A stretch of DNA of 64,000 nt from Utricularia gibba (Eukaryota > Plantae > Magnoliophyta), in assembly GCA_002189035.1 (NCBI GenBank), contig NEEC01000012.1, forward strand, positions 310,001 through 374,000. The letters run 5' to 3'. The notes under the pieces were generated by a model that searched no databases, had not been told where the DNA came from, and saw nothing but the letters and a program-made list of their open reading frames with translations. Shown here piece after piece: positions 14,001-27,415 of this stretch. Each line of letters starts with the position of its first letter. Positions within the stretch are counted from its first letter, which is position 1. The translations under genes and the position numbers were made by a program.

Positions 14001-14801
14001 ATGCCAAGATCTTCAAGAGCAGCTGGATAGGTAGTAACCATTTTTTGAGCTTATTGTTTTTTTTTTTTTCCAAATGGGGATCGAGCTATTTCAACCTGGC
14101 TTTGCATTCATGCTCGTGCCCTTTGAAGGCCGCAAGTCATAGTAACAGTATAATTTGTGCCTTCTGTTTCATTCCCTGTATCCACATTCTGGAAAAAGTG
14201 CATTTGCTGTATTGCTTGTCTTTCTCTTTCCTTTTTTTTTGATGTCGCAATGCTTGTCAGGGTGGCTGATTCTGCACCACCTGATGTGGATGAAAACGCT
14301 TGCAAGGTAACCTGTTCAGCCTTTCAAATTCCAATAGCTTCGAGGAAACATTCTGAAAACTGCTACCGTCTTGTCACGTAGCAGGAGAAAGAGTTGACTG
14401 CTGCTGCTGAAAAGCTTGCCGAATGCCAAGAAACCATATATCTTCTTGGCAAGCAACTGAAATCCTTGTGCACTCAATCTGAACCCACAGGTCCCGTGAA
14501 CAACGCAAGAACTCTTAGAGTTGAAACATATGCAGAAGAGTCATCGGCAAGTGGGATAAATGTGCAAGATGCAGATTCGTACAGTATTGATTCAGGGAGC
14601 TTCTCACAGTTCCATAAAGCTGGATTGGAGTCCCCAGTGTTGGATCCATCTAATGCCCTCTTAAGCCCTGATGTATTGTCACCAGTGGGATTGAATCATC
14701 CTCACAAGACGAGTCCTTCTTCATCTACAACGCCAGAGAAATACCCCCGTGGTTTCAGCCGATTCTTTTCAGCATCTTCGAAAGCAAGGCTCAGCCAGTA
14801 G
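11015..14801 (+). CDS. Filament-like plant protein (FPP4/FPP6 type, DUF869 coiled-coil), ~1050 aa
   Basis: Exons 11015-11110, 11342-11567, 11660-14030, 14261-14306, ~14382-14801, all GT-AG and in phase. Family motifs MDKRSWPWKKKSS, YVQISLESY, EEAVSGWEKA, KIAKLEVECQRLRGLVRKKLPGPAALAQMKLEV, LMDDFLEMEKLA, AAEKLAECQETIYLLGKQLKSL, GFSRFFS. 5'UTR donor near 10587. Confidence 0.93.
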
Positions 14802-15344
14802 TGAATTTAACATGTACTACTGCGTCTCTGAGCCGATCATGTCTTTTATGATCTCTGAAATTTTCATGTATATAAAGAGGAGACGCCCGCACCTGCATGC
14901 TGGAGTAGCACTTGGTGCAAGTCCTTTGCACCCGATATGCTGAAGGATACCTGCATAGTCCCCTTTCGTGCTCATGTGATACCTTGCCCTGCCTTATCCT
15001 GGTACCCCTTCGTATGCCGTCGTGCTCCATGTTGAATAACACAACTTGTATGAAGAAAACAGTGTATTTCCCTTACATTTTTATAGTTGTGTGCATTGGT
15101 GTACTGTTGCTTGTGAAAAAATTGTGCAAATGTTTATTTGTGAATTTACATTTTGCTAGTTGTTTGCTGGGTGGGGGCTTTTGGTCAGAATATCAAGTTT
15201 GCATAAAGATTTTGAAGGTACATGGTGATAGCACTTTGCCTTTACAACTCTCATTTGCAATAAGAATGTAGCACAAGAGGAAATGAAATAGGATCTTTGT
15301 TGTGAATCAATTCACTGTGTTCATCACTTCTCAATCCAGTCGAC

Positions 15345-16204
15345 TCAGTCATCATCCTTGAATTCCCTGTTTTTTGGGGGAAAGCAACAGCAAATCACTT
15401 TTTTACGTTGGTCCAAGCTCCAAGATCGACGAAACAATGAACCAAACTGAGCTCAAGATCAAAGTAACTGACCGGCGATCTAGGTATCTTGGCTGAATCC
15501 CACTTCCTTGGCATTTAGTGCATGTCAATGAGCCAACGCCTTCGCAGTTTATGCAGCGGGAGGTTTCTTTTTCGCCTCCGCCGAGCTCCACGGTCACGCT
15601 TCCGGTCCCCACGCAAAATCGGCACAACTCTGCAAAAAAGCCCCAGTCTTCACGAATGAGTATCACAGTGGATGAAAATGGATCAAGGGCTTCTTTTATC
15701 TTATGTCTTTGGTAGCCGTGTCTTGGAAGATTAGAGAGACTTACGAGCACCACTCCCATTGCAGGGGAAGCAAGGCTGAGTATTGTCTCTTTGTGCCTAC
15801 ACAACGGCATCCTCAAGAACAAGATCCTGGTTTACAGACAAGAACAGGGAGAAAACAAAAAAAAAAAAAAAGCCTACTGCATTGTTAATTTGTGTCTCAT
15901 AGAAAACAGGGATCCCGATTCCAACCGCAACGCTGACAACACCAACCGTAATCGCCAAAATCTGCGAGAAAATTCAACTCCGATGAAATTAATGGCGTCA
16001 ATAGAACATGAAATCGAGCTTATAGAGCGGCCAATTCACCGTATTCTGGTCGAGATCGATGGCTCTAACGCACGGGTATGAAGCCGGAGAGCGTCGATAT
16101 ATCACCGATCTTCGATTTGTAGAATGCAACGCCAGTTTCCTGCATTGGCCGTGAAGAAACGAAGAACTAATCCGAGAAGTCGGCGGCGCAGCGAGAATGT
16201 TCAT
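15345..16204 (-). CDS. LQY1: Thylakoid DnaJ-type zinc-finger protein disulfide isomerase LQY1
   Basis: Exons 16204-16040, 15961-15878, 15796-15745, 15629-15473, 15366-15345. Transit-peptide-like N-terminus, TM segment VGVVSVAVGIGIPVFYETQI, four CxxCxGxG motifs, C-terminus QPRYLDRREFKDDD. Confidence 0.93.
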
Positions 16205-16619
16205 CTTCCAGAATTTTCCGACGGTTCGCGAGCTGCCACGGCACCATTTTTGAGCTTGCAGTCTTCCGGGTATGGCTCCTCCATTTGGATTGTGTGGGGT
16301 CCTTTTTTATCTCAGCCAGTGAAAAGACTAGGCCTCTCTTGTACACTTACCGGGCTTGAGCTTTCCTTTTATTTGGGTTAATATCTTACTAATGGGCCTC
16401 AAGAATTTCATATATCAAAAAATTGTTTTATTTTATTAATTTCTTGAAATATTTATATTTAATTTAGAGGTGCGATCCGTTTAAATCAGAACTACCGTTC
16501 TAATCAGAACCGTCAATTCTGGTTTCGAGATTTGGGCGTCCGTACAATTTCAATTCAATTCCACATACTTAGAACACTAGAACCAACGATTCCCATTCAT
16601 GCAAAACCGAACGAAATTC

Positions 16620-16770
16620 CCAATCACCTACACGAGCCAATGTGGGTGCCTAAAGAAGCCTTCATAAACGTAATTTTTAGACACTCATACAAGCCAATAT
16701 GGATAACTGAAAAATGATCCCAAATGCGCTTCATAGACATTCACACAAGTCAATATGGATGCTTAGTGTA
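16620..16770. repeat. Three-copy ~57-bp degenerate tandem repeat
   Basis: AG(C/T)CAAT(A/G)TGG cores at 16635, 16692 and 16748. Confidence 0.65.
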
Positions 16771-17004
16771 AGGATTTCCGGTTTTTCAATACCCACGATA
16801 GTGGATTTGCGTCTAAAAAAAATTTCATCAATTATTCATTAAATTAGTTGCAATTCATCTCCAAATCATTTTAAAAACAAAATTATGTGATGGATTTGTT
16901 AATTTACAACCAACCCACTATTTCCACCTTCAATATGAACTTAATTAGCTAGTGTAAGTCTCTCAATTGAATGTAATTGTTATATTCAAACAATAATCGA
17001 TCAA

Positions 17005-18170
17005 TGTTGCGTGTCGTTTCCTCAATAAATTTTAAATATGTAAAACGTAAATCACAAAAGAACGTAGTACGAGTATCGATCTCAGGAAGTTGAGTTTTAT
17101 AAAAGGTTTTTGAAGTACAAGAATAAAAGATACAACCTAAGTAATGGACTTTGACTAATGTTTGCAGTTCTTAGGAATGAGATTCCGCTTCCTTCTTTTG
17201 TCTATCCTCGTCTCGGTTTTCACTAATTTCTTTCGAATAGTTGATTATAATAACAAGGAATAACCTACTCTCCATTACTCTGATTGACAAGGAGGCACGG
17301 GAATAGCATCATGTAATTCCCCCTTGGAAGATTAAGAAGACAAGAGAATTGACATCAATTGCCTTCAAAACTAAATTGTGCGTGTGTGCCCAGCTGTTGC
17401 CAATGACCAGTAACGAGTACGAGGTCATTACTCGTCCACTGTCATGGTACCTCGGCTACGAACAATGCGCTATTTCCCTCGAACCGGTAGGATTGGAGTT
17501 GTTGGTCTTCACTTTGCTCTTCATCAAGACCCATGAGGAGTGACCTACTACTCATAGATCATAACTAGGAGTCGTTACAAAAAGACTGCAACAAAACGCA
17601 TGAAAATATGCAAAATCTGAAATGAATTCAACGAAAAACTGAGTTTAGTGCTCAAGACTTGAAAGTAAACTTTATCTACTTCCAGAAACTAAGAGAGTTT
17701 AATCACAAAGGGTAATAAAAACAAAAACGAAAATAAAAACTAGGGTGTTCTTCCTACTTGGAGGAGAGGAAGAACCCAAAAGTTCTAAATCTAGAGACAA
17801 AATGCGAAAGGTCCGAAAGATAGTGTTCCAAATTGGTTTTATCTCACTCTCCACATGTATTAATACCTTCTGGTCCCCTTTTCATTATTCTTTTTGTCTT
17901 GCGTGCGCCACCAGCTTTCCCATACGTGCAAGTAAGCGTTAAATCATTGCTGCAAACTCTGACATGCCGTAAGTTAGGGGTATTAACTAGTGTTAGTCTT
18001 CCGCTCACAATTGTTCCAAGTCGTGTGCAATACACGAACAGTTAGAGTCTGGTCTCCTAAAAGCATCCTACAACACTCCATGATTACCTTCTGACATATT
18101 TTGATTAAAGTGCACGAAAAAGACAAAAAATATATATATATATATAGAAAAATAAGATTTTTCTAAGAAA
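17005..18170 (-). mobile_element. Athila-like solo LTR
   Basis: Starts TGTTGCG, contains GTAGTACGAGTATCGATCTCAGG and AAAGTGCACGAAAAAG motifs typical of Athila-type LTRs in reverse. ATCAA occurs at 17000-17004 and 18171-18175 (possible TSD), but the right end lacks a canonical CA. Confidence 0.55.
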
Positions 18171-18239
18171 ATCAATTACTTATTAATATGACTTATAATT
18201 TGGACGACTTAATACTAAATTAATATACAATAATACATA

Positions 18240-18400
18240 ATAATAACTAAACACTTAACAACTGGTTCCAGTTCCGATTCAATTCAAGGGTTTTGGTTCT
18301 GGTTTTGAACTGAAACCTGAAATGTTGATTCTGGTTTCAATTCGGTTCAAAGTTTTGGAATGCAATTTCGAACCAAAACCAAAACCATCGTCCACAATAA
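18240..18400. mobile_element. hAT-type terminus with subterminal GGTT/AACC repeats
   Basis: Clustered GGTTC/AACC(A) motifs ending in CCATCGTCCACAATA, resembling the TIR end of the 50.5-53.4 kb hAT. Confidence 0.35.
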
Positions 18401-18868
18401 ACCGCAATTTATGAACAAATGATTCATTGAAACTGTATGGTAATGAATCAGTAGAACATCTAATTTAATTTTTTAAAATTTTAATCTTTAGTCGTTTTTT
18501 AGTAAACTCAGAAAATTAAAATTATGTGATTAACTTAAAAAATTATTAAATTTATCAAATCTATATTTTAGAAATTAAATGAAAAATTATAATTCTTACT
18601 TTTTATTTATTTTAAAATATATTTATATCATACCATTAAATTATATAATAATTTAATAGTATGATATACTAATTTAATATATATAATTTATTTTATTAAA
18701 TTAATAATTTAATGCATATTTTATTTTATTAAATTTTATAATATAATATATTATTCTATCAAATAATTTTAGAATATCAAATTGATTTTATTTAAATAAT
18801 TTTAAAATTTAGTCCATTTTACATATAGTAAAGCATAATTAAATTAAACCAAATAATATAAAAAATTG

Positions 18869-20260
18869 AGGCCTTGTTTGATATAAGGGTTTAGGGTTGA
18901 TTTATAATGAGTTTAGTGAAATTTTGGTATTTGGTATATAGGGTTAATTTTAACTACTTAGTATAATTATACCCATTTTTTACCCTTATATATGGGTATA
19001 TACATACCCAAGGGGGAGTGTAGGTATTTTTATACCTGATGTTAAAATTACATTTGTGTTCTTATTTTTTAATTATCTAATTATATTTAAATATTTTAAT
19101 TATTTTATTTTTATTGAATTAGATTATTTTATCTATCCAATACTCTCACATGCCTTAATTCCATAGCCTACGCGCAGCTCTAGATCAAGATGGAGGAGGA
19201 TTCTATATTCTAGAATATTTCAAGTGAATGTTCTTCATGCCATAGAAATTGTAATTTTTCTGTTTTAGATTTCATTTTGTTTTTTTGTTTTAATTTACAT
19301 ACCTTGCGATTTTTTGGAAGATCGTACTGAAATATTTTTTTTTGTTTCACATTTTAGCATGTTTTTGTATGATAGGCAACGAAAATGTAGTACTCAGTAT
19401 GCAATCATTACAACTATTTTGTCACTTTTCCCTTCATTGCACCGATAGTGTACACAAAGCCATAGTTTTGACATATGTTTAAGGGACACGATTGGTTTTA
19501 ATAATTTACATTGTTATCCAATTGCTTTATATGAGTATATAATTTTATTATAAATATTTTTCAGGTATTATAATGAAGCATGAATATCGAGGATAAAGTT
19601 GTGATCAATGGTGTTATTTGTGTTGTTGCGGAGCATTTGTGCATGTTGAATTTTCTACTTTGGTGGCATTGTTATTGTGGAGATTGCAAACACAAATTAA
19701 AGTATTCTATGAAAGAAAAAATTTCAAAACAAATCGATTTCTTAAGTACTCTTATTTCTGATGTGAATAGTTCTGCTTTGGATAATTTGAGAATAAGTAA
19801 AAATGTTTTTGGAAGACTATATTTTCTTTTATACACATACTTAGGATTGAAAGCATCAAGATATGTAACAATGTCAGAAAAAAGTAGCCTTCGTTTTTAG
19901 GGATCTTATCTCATTACAGAAAAGTACGAGTGCAGAAACGTAACTTCAAACGCTCCACTGAGACTAAATCAAGGCATTTCAAGTCCATACTCCAAGTGAT
20001 ACTCATACTCCAAGAGATACTCTTACAGAAACCAATACCTTTGACCTCACCAGATTCATCTTCAAAATTCAGGTCTTTTCAGGTACTTTTTATTTCAAAA
20101 TATGCTTATAGATTGAGAAGTAGTTATTGATATTATTCTTCAAAAAAGAATTGTGTAGGAGCATTGGTTGCCTAGCTTACAATCAAAGGAGAAGCTTTGG
20201 TTGCCCCTCCAATGACCAAAATAATATACCTTGCTCTTTGAGACATAAAAAAAATAAGTA
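18869..20260 (+). mobile_element. PIF/Harbinger element remnant with degenerate transposase
   Basis: Left end GGCCTTGTTTGATA. Translations LRISKNVFGRLYFLL..GLKASRYVT.SEK, RVQKRNFKRSTETKSRHFKSILQVIL and KNCVGAL match the Harbinger DDE transposase N-terminal and first-Asp region. Right TIR not found. Confidence 0.65.
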
Positions 20261-20922
20261 AATACATAACAAAATCAAGTGTTTATTAGATAAAAATTTG
20301 GCAAATTTCACTAGTTCTTTAGGCTCCTAAGTCATAAGCCAGGCCGTACCGTTTGTTGTACAGGCGCTCTGCCGCTCAATCGCCATGGGCATCAGCTAAT
20401 GTCTGCTCAAGAACAAACGGAGGCCCGCTGCTTCCTTGTTAGTCAATAAACACGCTGGTCCAAGAATTGCCGGCGATTAACCGCTTTGCGCCTGTCGGTG
20501 GCGATTACTGCGCCTCTTGGATACGGTTGAAGCAACAGATAAATCTCATCGACGTCGGGCTCCCTATCAATTGCCGGAGACGTCGGGCAAGCGCTGCTTC
20601 GTTTTCTTATTATCTAGTTTTTTTTTCTTTTCTGGCTAGGCCTCGTCAGGCTGGAGGTGTGAGGTGAAAATTCTTTCCTGACTTGGTTTTATTTGTGGAT
20701 ATTTTGTGCTGTATTTATTCACACGCATCATCTTTTTTCAGTATTGTCTGCTGATTTCGCTGGGTTTTCTCGAGTCTATGTTTGTATGTGATTGCAAATG
20801 TGTTTCGTCTGTGAAGTTGCATTGTTTTTTGTACATTCTGGGATCGATTAAATTCGTATATTAGTTAGTGGGGTTGATTAATTTTTATCTAATAACCGTG
20901 TTTTTTTTGTTTTCTAGGGTTC

Positions 20923-22865
20923 ATGATGATTGGATCTTTCATCACAAGGGGGCTTCTGTATGTGCCATGTGTTTAGCTATTGATTATGTTGAAGGATTGA
21001 GTCTTGATTATGGAACAGAAGATGAGATTTTGAAAACAGATTGATTTTTTTCAAACCGAGAATAGGAGATGTGCTCTGTTCATTCTTAGTCTTTATTTAT
21101 TTAACAGATGAGTTTTCTTTTGTCTCTGTTGTGTTGCAGGCTCATGTTCGGGTATGCTTATCCAGCGTATGAGTGTTACAAGATAGTTGAATTGAATAAG
21201 CCTGATGTCATTGAGCTTCGTTTTTGGTGTCAATACTGGTGATTATCGCATCCCATTCATCATTCTGAAGATTCATTCATTAAATGTTAGATCTAGCTTG
21301 TGTTGTGTGAGATGTGGTCGAAGATTCGTTTTTCAAAAAAAAAAAAAAAGATTTCTCTCTAGCAGATTAGAGAGTTGGTGGCAGGTTCTTTCAAAAGATA
21401 AAGAAGAAAATCTCATATTAATCCTTTCATTAATTTTCAGGATCCTGGTGGCTGGGATGACTGTTCTTGAAAGATTAGGTGATACGTTCATTAGCTGGTA
21501 AATGTGATTCTCTTTCATGGACAGATTCGAGTCTCCTTAAAAGCATATTCATTTTGAATCCCACATGCTGTCAAATGTTTGTTAGGGTTCCCATGTATGG
21601 TGAAGCTAAAGTGGCCTTCTTCATATACCTTTGGTTTCCAAAAACGAAGGTCTGTTATGTCATAATCCCTGTGTTCTAGAATGAATTTTATGCATTTTCT
21701 AACTGTTATGCGGCTCCAGGGAACTACATATGTGTACGATTCATTCTTCAGACCTTATCTTGCAAAGCATGAGACAGAAATTGATCGGACTTTGTTAGAA
21801 CTGCGAACAAGAGTGGGAGATATGGTAGTTGTTAATTGGCAAAAGGCTGCTGCTTATGGTCAAACTAGAGTGTTTGACATTTTACAGTATATAGCTTCAC
21901 AATCAACTGAAGCTCAGGTATGTTATTCCCTTGTTTATGCAAAGCCTAACTCATTGGTCGAAAAATTGATCGATGATCTTTTTGTGGATGCACCAATTCA
22001 CCTTTGTACTCTTTCACATTATTTTGAATCAGATAACTATATACTCCCGAATTGCTTTCTGTTTTTATTATTTTTTCATCTGTGACAGCAACTTCCTCTG
22101 CTCATGATTCTCGCTTTTTAAATGCAGCCGCGGACTCCAGCAACAGGAGCCAAGGGACCAGCAGTATCAGAAAACCGCATATCAAAAGAACCCTTGTCCC
22201 ATACTTCTAACTCGTCTTCTGGGGAACGAGGGGCAACTGCAGAACAGCCAAAAGTTGTAGCAAGTTCAAAGTCAGGAGTTTCACAACACCAGCATAAAAT
22301 AACACCAACACCCTCCATTTCAGAGACTACCGAAGTTTCAGGTGCCGGTTATGAACAGGCAGTGCAAATTGATTCCGAGTCCTCCGTACCAGTAGACAAA
22401 TCCCAATCTCCTTTGATAATCCCGGAGGAAGCTGTACAGGTGTCACAGACAAACCCAAGGCAAAGAAGGGTCAACTCTGGGCGTTGAGTAAGCAAAGTTG
22501 ATGATCTGAAGCATACTGATGTCTCTTTCTTGTTCATTGTAAAGTTGATGGGCTGACTCTGTTATTCCAAAATGATCGCACAATCAAAATCTGTGATTCC
22601 ACAAAGAATTCACACCGGAAAATGTAAGAGCAAGCAATAGAAATTATGGAGACGAGGTTCACTGCATTTTCGACAATCTGCAGGGCATCCTTGAGTGTAT
22701 GATTGAACCCGAGCACAATCATAGGACCGTGTGTCTGTTGCAACACCACCAGCTCGTTTGGTCAAAAGGCCTGTTTCTTTGGATTCAGGCAATGGCCCTG
22801 AGAAGACAACCAAAACTGCTCCAATCTTTCAATGGTCTATGAGAACTGGGAGATTTTCTTACTAA
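20923..22865 (+). CDS. HVA22-like protein (g/h/i/j subgroup, TB2/DP1/HVA22 domain)
   Basis: Exons 20923-20957, 21140-21238, 21441-21497, 21586-21649, 21720-21917, then 22128 onward. Motifs MIGSFITRGL, FGYAYPAYECYK, LRFWCQYW, PMYGEAKVAFFIYLWFPKTKGTTYVYDSFFRPY. C-terminus uncertain: it either reads through to the stop at 22487 or splices 22439 to 22725 with stop at 22865. Confidence 0.88.
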
Positions 22866-24379
22866 AAAGTTTACTACTGGCGAAATAATGAAAAAAAAAA
22901 AAACAAAAGACTTGGGAGTTGGGATGTTGTTGTCTGAACCATCAATGGCGCTTTCTGATGTTGATATGCAAAAGAAACCTTGGGCTGCAAGGGGCGTTCG
23001 TCAGTTCATTTGGGAATAAGTCACGACATCGCACATAAATAATGGATAATATTATCTTTTTAAAACTAATTTTTGAACAATTATGAAAAAAAGAGTGTGT
23101 ATAATTTTGATTTATTTATTAATAAAATTGATTCAATTTTTATATTAATATTTAGTTTTGTTAATTCAAAATTCATACCATATGCATAATTGATATTTAG
23201 TATTACATTAAAATTCAGGTTTGACTATCAAGTTCAACTAATTAGGTAAAATTGAACAACATTGGATATGGAATGAGTTTGTGTTTGGGCTGAAAATTGA
23301 AGAATTTACTTAGAAACGCTATTTAGAAAGTCATTTGTGACTAAGTATACACTCGCTCAATATGGTACCAATAAGCGTATGAGAAATAAGAAAATTGCAT
23401 GTCATGTTATATCCAAAATTGCCAACATCTAAAAAAGCTTCATTTTTTTCGTTGGGAATGCATGAGACCGTGGGGGTGGACCAAAATCGAGGGGAAGGGG
23501 CAGCAATCCCAACACCACATCTAAAAGCGTTTAAATCATTTGAACTCTTATTGCATCATATCTGTAAACTCTAACTTGAATTAATTTTGTCACATAATTT
23601 GAAAAATTCCAATCCATATGCATTTAATATACAAATATGTTTAGAAGATTTTCAATCTGTATCGAGTTTATTTGTCATAAAAGCAAATGAAAATAACATC
23701 AATATTCACACAATAAAAATACCCATGCCAAATAGAAGAAAAAAACAACTAAATAGCTATACCTATTTACATGTAATACTACATCAAAATACAAGTTCAA
23801 AGAGTGAAAATCAAATTTCCTTATCACAAAATAACTAAACACAAGCCAAATGCAATTTCATAGATGTATCAAAATACAAGTTGAGTTTTTCAGTGATCTA
23901 GAATATTTGTTTGTGTATTTGTTCATCTAGACAATTTTTCTTGTTGTAAAAATGGAAGCCACTAGAAGAACATGAGGTGCGTGCTGGTATGGTATAAATC
24001 TAGGTATTAGGACCCTCATCAGAGAAGGTGGGTGACTACATTCCCAATATTACTTTATATTATCTACTTTAGCCACCTAATCTCATGGTTTTATATTTCT
24101 CCCATCTTTGGATTGCATTTCTAAAAGATCAAATATCCTCAAATTATTCCAAACTAACACACATTTGACTTTGCAGTTTCTATTAAAGATCTTCTGTTAT
24201 ACTTAGGAGTGGCCTCGTGCAAGATATGTGTACCATTAATAACACAAGAAAAAAGAAAGGATATTAATGCCAAGTTTTCGTAGGTAGCAAATTGTAGTTG
24301 ATAGCTCCCCTCCTTAAAAAGCATTGATTAACGTGTCAATTTCATTCCGATCCAAAAATTTCATAGATTTTTTGTGGTA

Positions 24380-25300
24380 GAATTAAGATCCTTTGATCAT
24401 TATCAAGTACTCCATAATGATCAAAATTGATCAAATCATGGTTGATCAAGGATGCTCATGTAACCTCATATGAGATAAGGTCATGAAACAACTTCGATGA
24501 TTCTTCGATAGATTTTGATCAACCATATCTGAAGACATTCTACTTTTTAAGACCATCCTATGATCCTATAGAAAATGTGGTGTGGAACTTCATCCTCTAG
24601 TTTAAATGATTCTTTTGATCCTAAGATTACATGGTGGTGCATCATCTTTCAGAGAACATGGATCAATATTTTTGACATGATCCCTTTTATTATACATATC
24701 AAAATCATATTCCCAAGTAGAGTGACGAATTGGAACTCAGATTGTAAATCAAATGTAGAAATGTTTGAAACCAACAAGCCCAATGAACCATCACCAATGA
24801 AGATCTTGAAAAAAAGAAACCCATGAAACTTAGTGATTCAAGTAAGTCACATTGCCTAAAATGAATAATATATTGCACATCTGGATTAAATTGGATCCTA
24901 AAGTCGAAGTTCCACTAATTGCTTGCTTGGCATACTTCTAAGATATTTTCTCTTGGATGCCTAAAGATCTATAAGGTATTTATCCAACAATGGCATGCCA
25001 TGAAATAAACGCTAGCCCAATGGCCCAATTCGAAAAAAGAGTACCACACTCTAAAGTATAATGAGAAGTGGTAATATGAACATGATATTAATAACTTAAG
25101 TTATGATTCATTTCATTCATCGATCGGGTACTCTATCAAGTAAATACTAAGGTAACATTAGTGATGAAACAAATCCTCACTTTGTTCAATTCACTTAGTC
25201 ATTAGGATCCATTGTTAAAGATTTTCACTCAAGAAGATGGAGGTTATCAAAAAAACCATGTATGGCTTCCTTGAGATGGGGTATATGATGCATGTCATTC
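24380..25300 (+). mobile_element. Ty3/gypsy (Tat-like) protease-RT remnant
   Basis: DPLII...IMVDQGCSCNL (Tat protease-like) at ~24385-24470. D+FSW.PKD..GI.P.MACH (RT start) at ~24920-25000. Heavily degenerate. Confidence 0.5.
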
Positions 25301-27029
25301 CAAAAAAAAATTTAATAGAATATAAAACATCAAATACTTAAGAGTGTAGGATGAGTATCAATTTCAGAGAGTTAATTTTCAAGAGAAATGTGAAGTGCAT
25401 GTCGAATACAAACCCTCACGATTTTATAAAGGGGGTTATACAAGTAAATAACAAAAGCAACATAAATAATGAACCTTGAGTAAAGGATTGTTCTTGTGAC
25501 TTAATCCTTTTTATCCATATTTATTATATCTTCTTTCCTCTTCGATTCTCTTAGGTACCCAATTATAAGAACAAGAAATTGTCTACATTCTATTATACTC
25601 TCTTGTAAGAAGGTACGAGAATTGCCTCATGTAGCTCATCTTTGGACAAATGAAAAGATAAAAGGTTGAGCCATCAATTATGTTCATGGTCCAATTGTGC
25701 TTGTGTGCCCAAGTGTTGCATGTTCCATTGGTCTAAATACAAGGCCACTATCTATCTAATGCTATAGGGTATGATCACAAACAAAATACTCTTCTCTCTT
25801 GCTCGAATCAATAGGGTGTGAGTTGGTGCTTTTTATCTTATTCCTCTTCAAAACTCAGAAGTAATGGCTAGTTGCTTATGAATTCTGGCTAGGAATCATT
25901 GCAACAAAACTGTTAACTATGTGTACTCAATTGAATTCATAGAAGAAATAAAAAATTATTCACGAAACATAGGAAGAGAAGTTTATGAAATTAGTAATGA
26001 AGAGTTTGATAATGAACGATCACAAAAAACATAAAACTCTAAGTAAAAAAGTCTCAACTACAGAAGAGAAAGTCCTACTTTTGTTTGCACTTGCTTAGCC
26101 CAATTCTGCTACTACTTTTACGAATGGCCTTGCAAGAAATCTGACTATTTTTTTAATACTATAATGCAACTATCATTCCTTCTATCAATTGCAAATGTGT
26201 TACACACATCAAGGTTCATTATTGTTATCCTGTGTTTTTCAAAAAATCATGGAACACGTTTTTTCGAAGAGGATCTTGTTTAACCTTATATTGTCTTGTT
26301 TTCTAACCACACAATTGAATACAACTAAATGCAAGAGAATATAAAACAAAACATAACAATAAATCTAATTACTCTAATATAAGAAAAATTTATAACTTAT
26401 TTTTTCAATTTCGACAACTTAATCATATTTCAACACATAAAAGATACTAAATATCGCTTAAAAAAATATGATCTTTGTTAGAGAATTTGATGACGATATG
26501 AAAATTAGATCAGTGGGAATACATGATCACTTATTTGAGCTACACCATAAAGAATCATCCATTGAGAATATTTATGTAAGAGAGGGTTTAGATATTAGAT
26601 TGTTGAGATGCTTAGAGTGTTTCATAACTCATCTAATTGAGTTTCATCAAATGTTCCCCATAAGTTATAGAAAGATAATATGCTATGGTAAAATTTTCCA
26701 TCAAGTATGTTCTATTATATCCTCAAGTTGTACAAACTTCATAGGTTTTTGCTTTAAATTCAAAAAGGTTGGATTATGAAAGCAGTGTGGTTTTCAAATG
26801 CTGCATCCCAGTTTCCCATCCTGATGTGAGATTAAGATTCCACATTTTCATAAATGACCGACGACATCAATTCTTTTGAGTCACTAGAACTTTCAAGTCA
26901 TCATTATCTAAAAAAGCTACTATGGAACCTTCAAGAAAATATATGTGATGCAGCACATTTACACAATATGATGTCACAACTTAAATTCATGCTGCCTGTT
27001 TATGAAGTCATTTTGGAACAAGATATACT

Positions 27030-27410
27030 ACTTTGAGTGGGTCACCAACCCAATGCTTGAATCTAAATCCAATCACTTTATTGAGGCTTGAGTACATGAT
27101 TGCAAATGCATATATTTGCCCATATGAATGAGGTATGCGTTGGAGAATTTAAGATTTATATATGTATGCCTACAAGAGAGTATATTGATAGATAATAAAT
27201 CTACCATAACACTTGAAGAAATCTACTATTTCAAGCACTCACCAAGCCTATTAAAGCTTGTTTTCAATATATGTGAGATTTTGTGAAACAAGGAATATGG
27301 AGCTATGCTACATTAAAAGTGAAGATCAATTTATACTTATTTTCACCAAATAGCTCAATTTGAGTCGTTCCGAACTCGATGATGGTTTCATACAACTCGC
27401 GAGTTAGCTT
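27030..27410 (+). mobile_element. Ty1/copia RNase H remnant
   Basis: YIKSEDQ..LIFTK resembles the copia RNase H C-terminus (SEDQLADIFTK). Ends where the hAT at 27416 begins. Confidence 0.5.
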
Positions 27411-27415
27411 GTATT

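Noticed and set aside
14749-15271. ORFs between FPP and LQY1
   Set aside because: Low-complexity, motif-free ORFs lying in the convergent 3' UTRs.
18885-18900. Interstitial telomeric repeat (AGGGTTTAGGGTT)
   Set aside because: Fewer than two full units, inside a Harbinger end, and expected by chance.
22534-22813. Cys-rich minus-strand ORFs (67 and 71 aa)
   Set aside because: They overlap the probable last exon or 3' UTR of the HVA22-like gene, use non-ATG starts and have no signal peptide.
25900-26800. Possible LINE RT remnant on the minus strand
   Set aside because: Only vague motif resemblance, too degenerate to call without a profile search.
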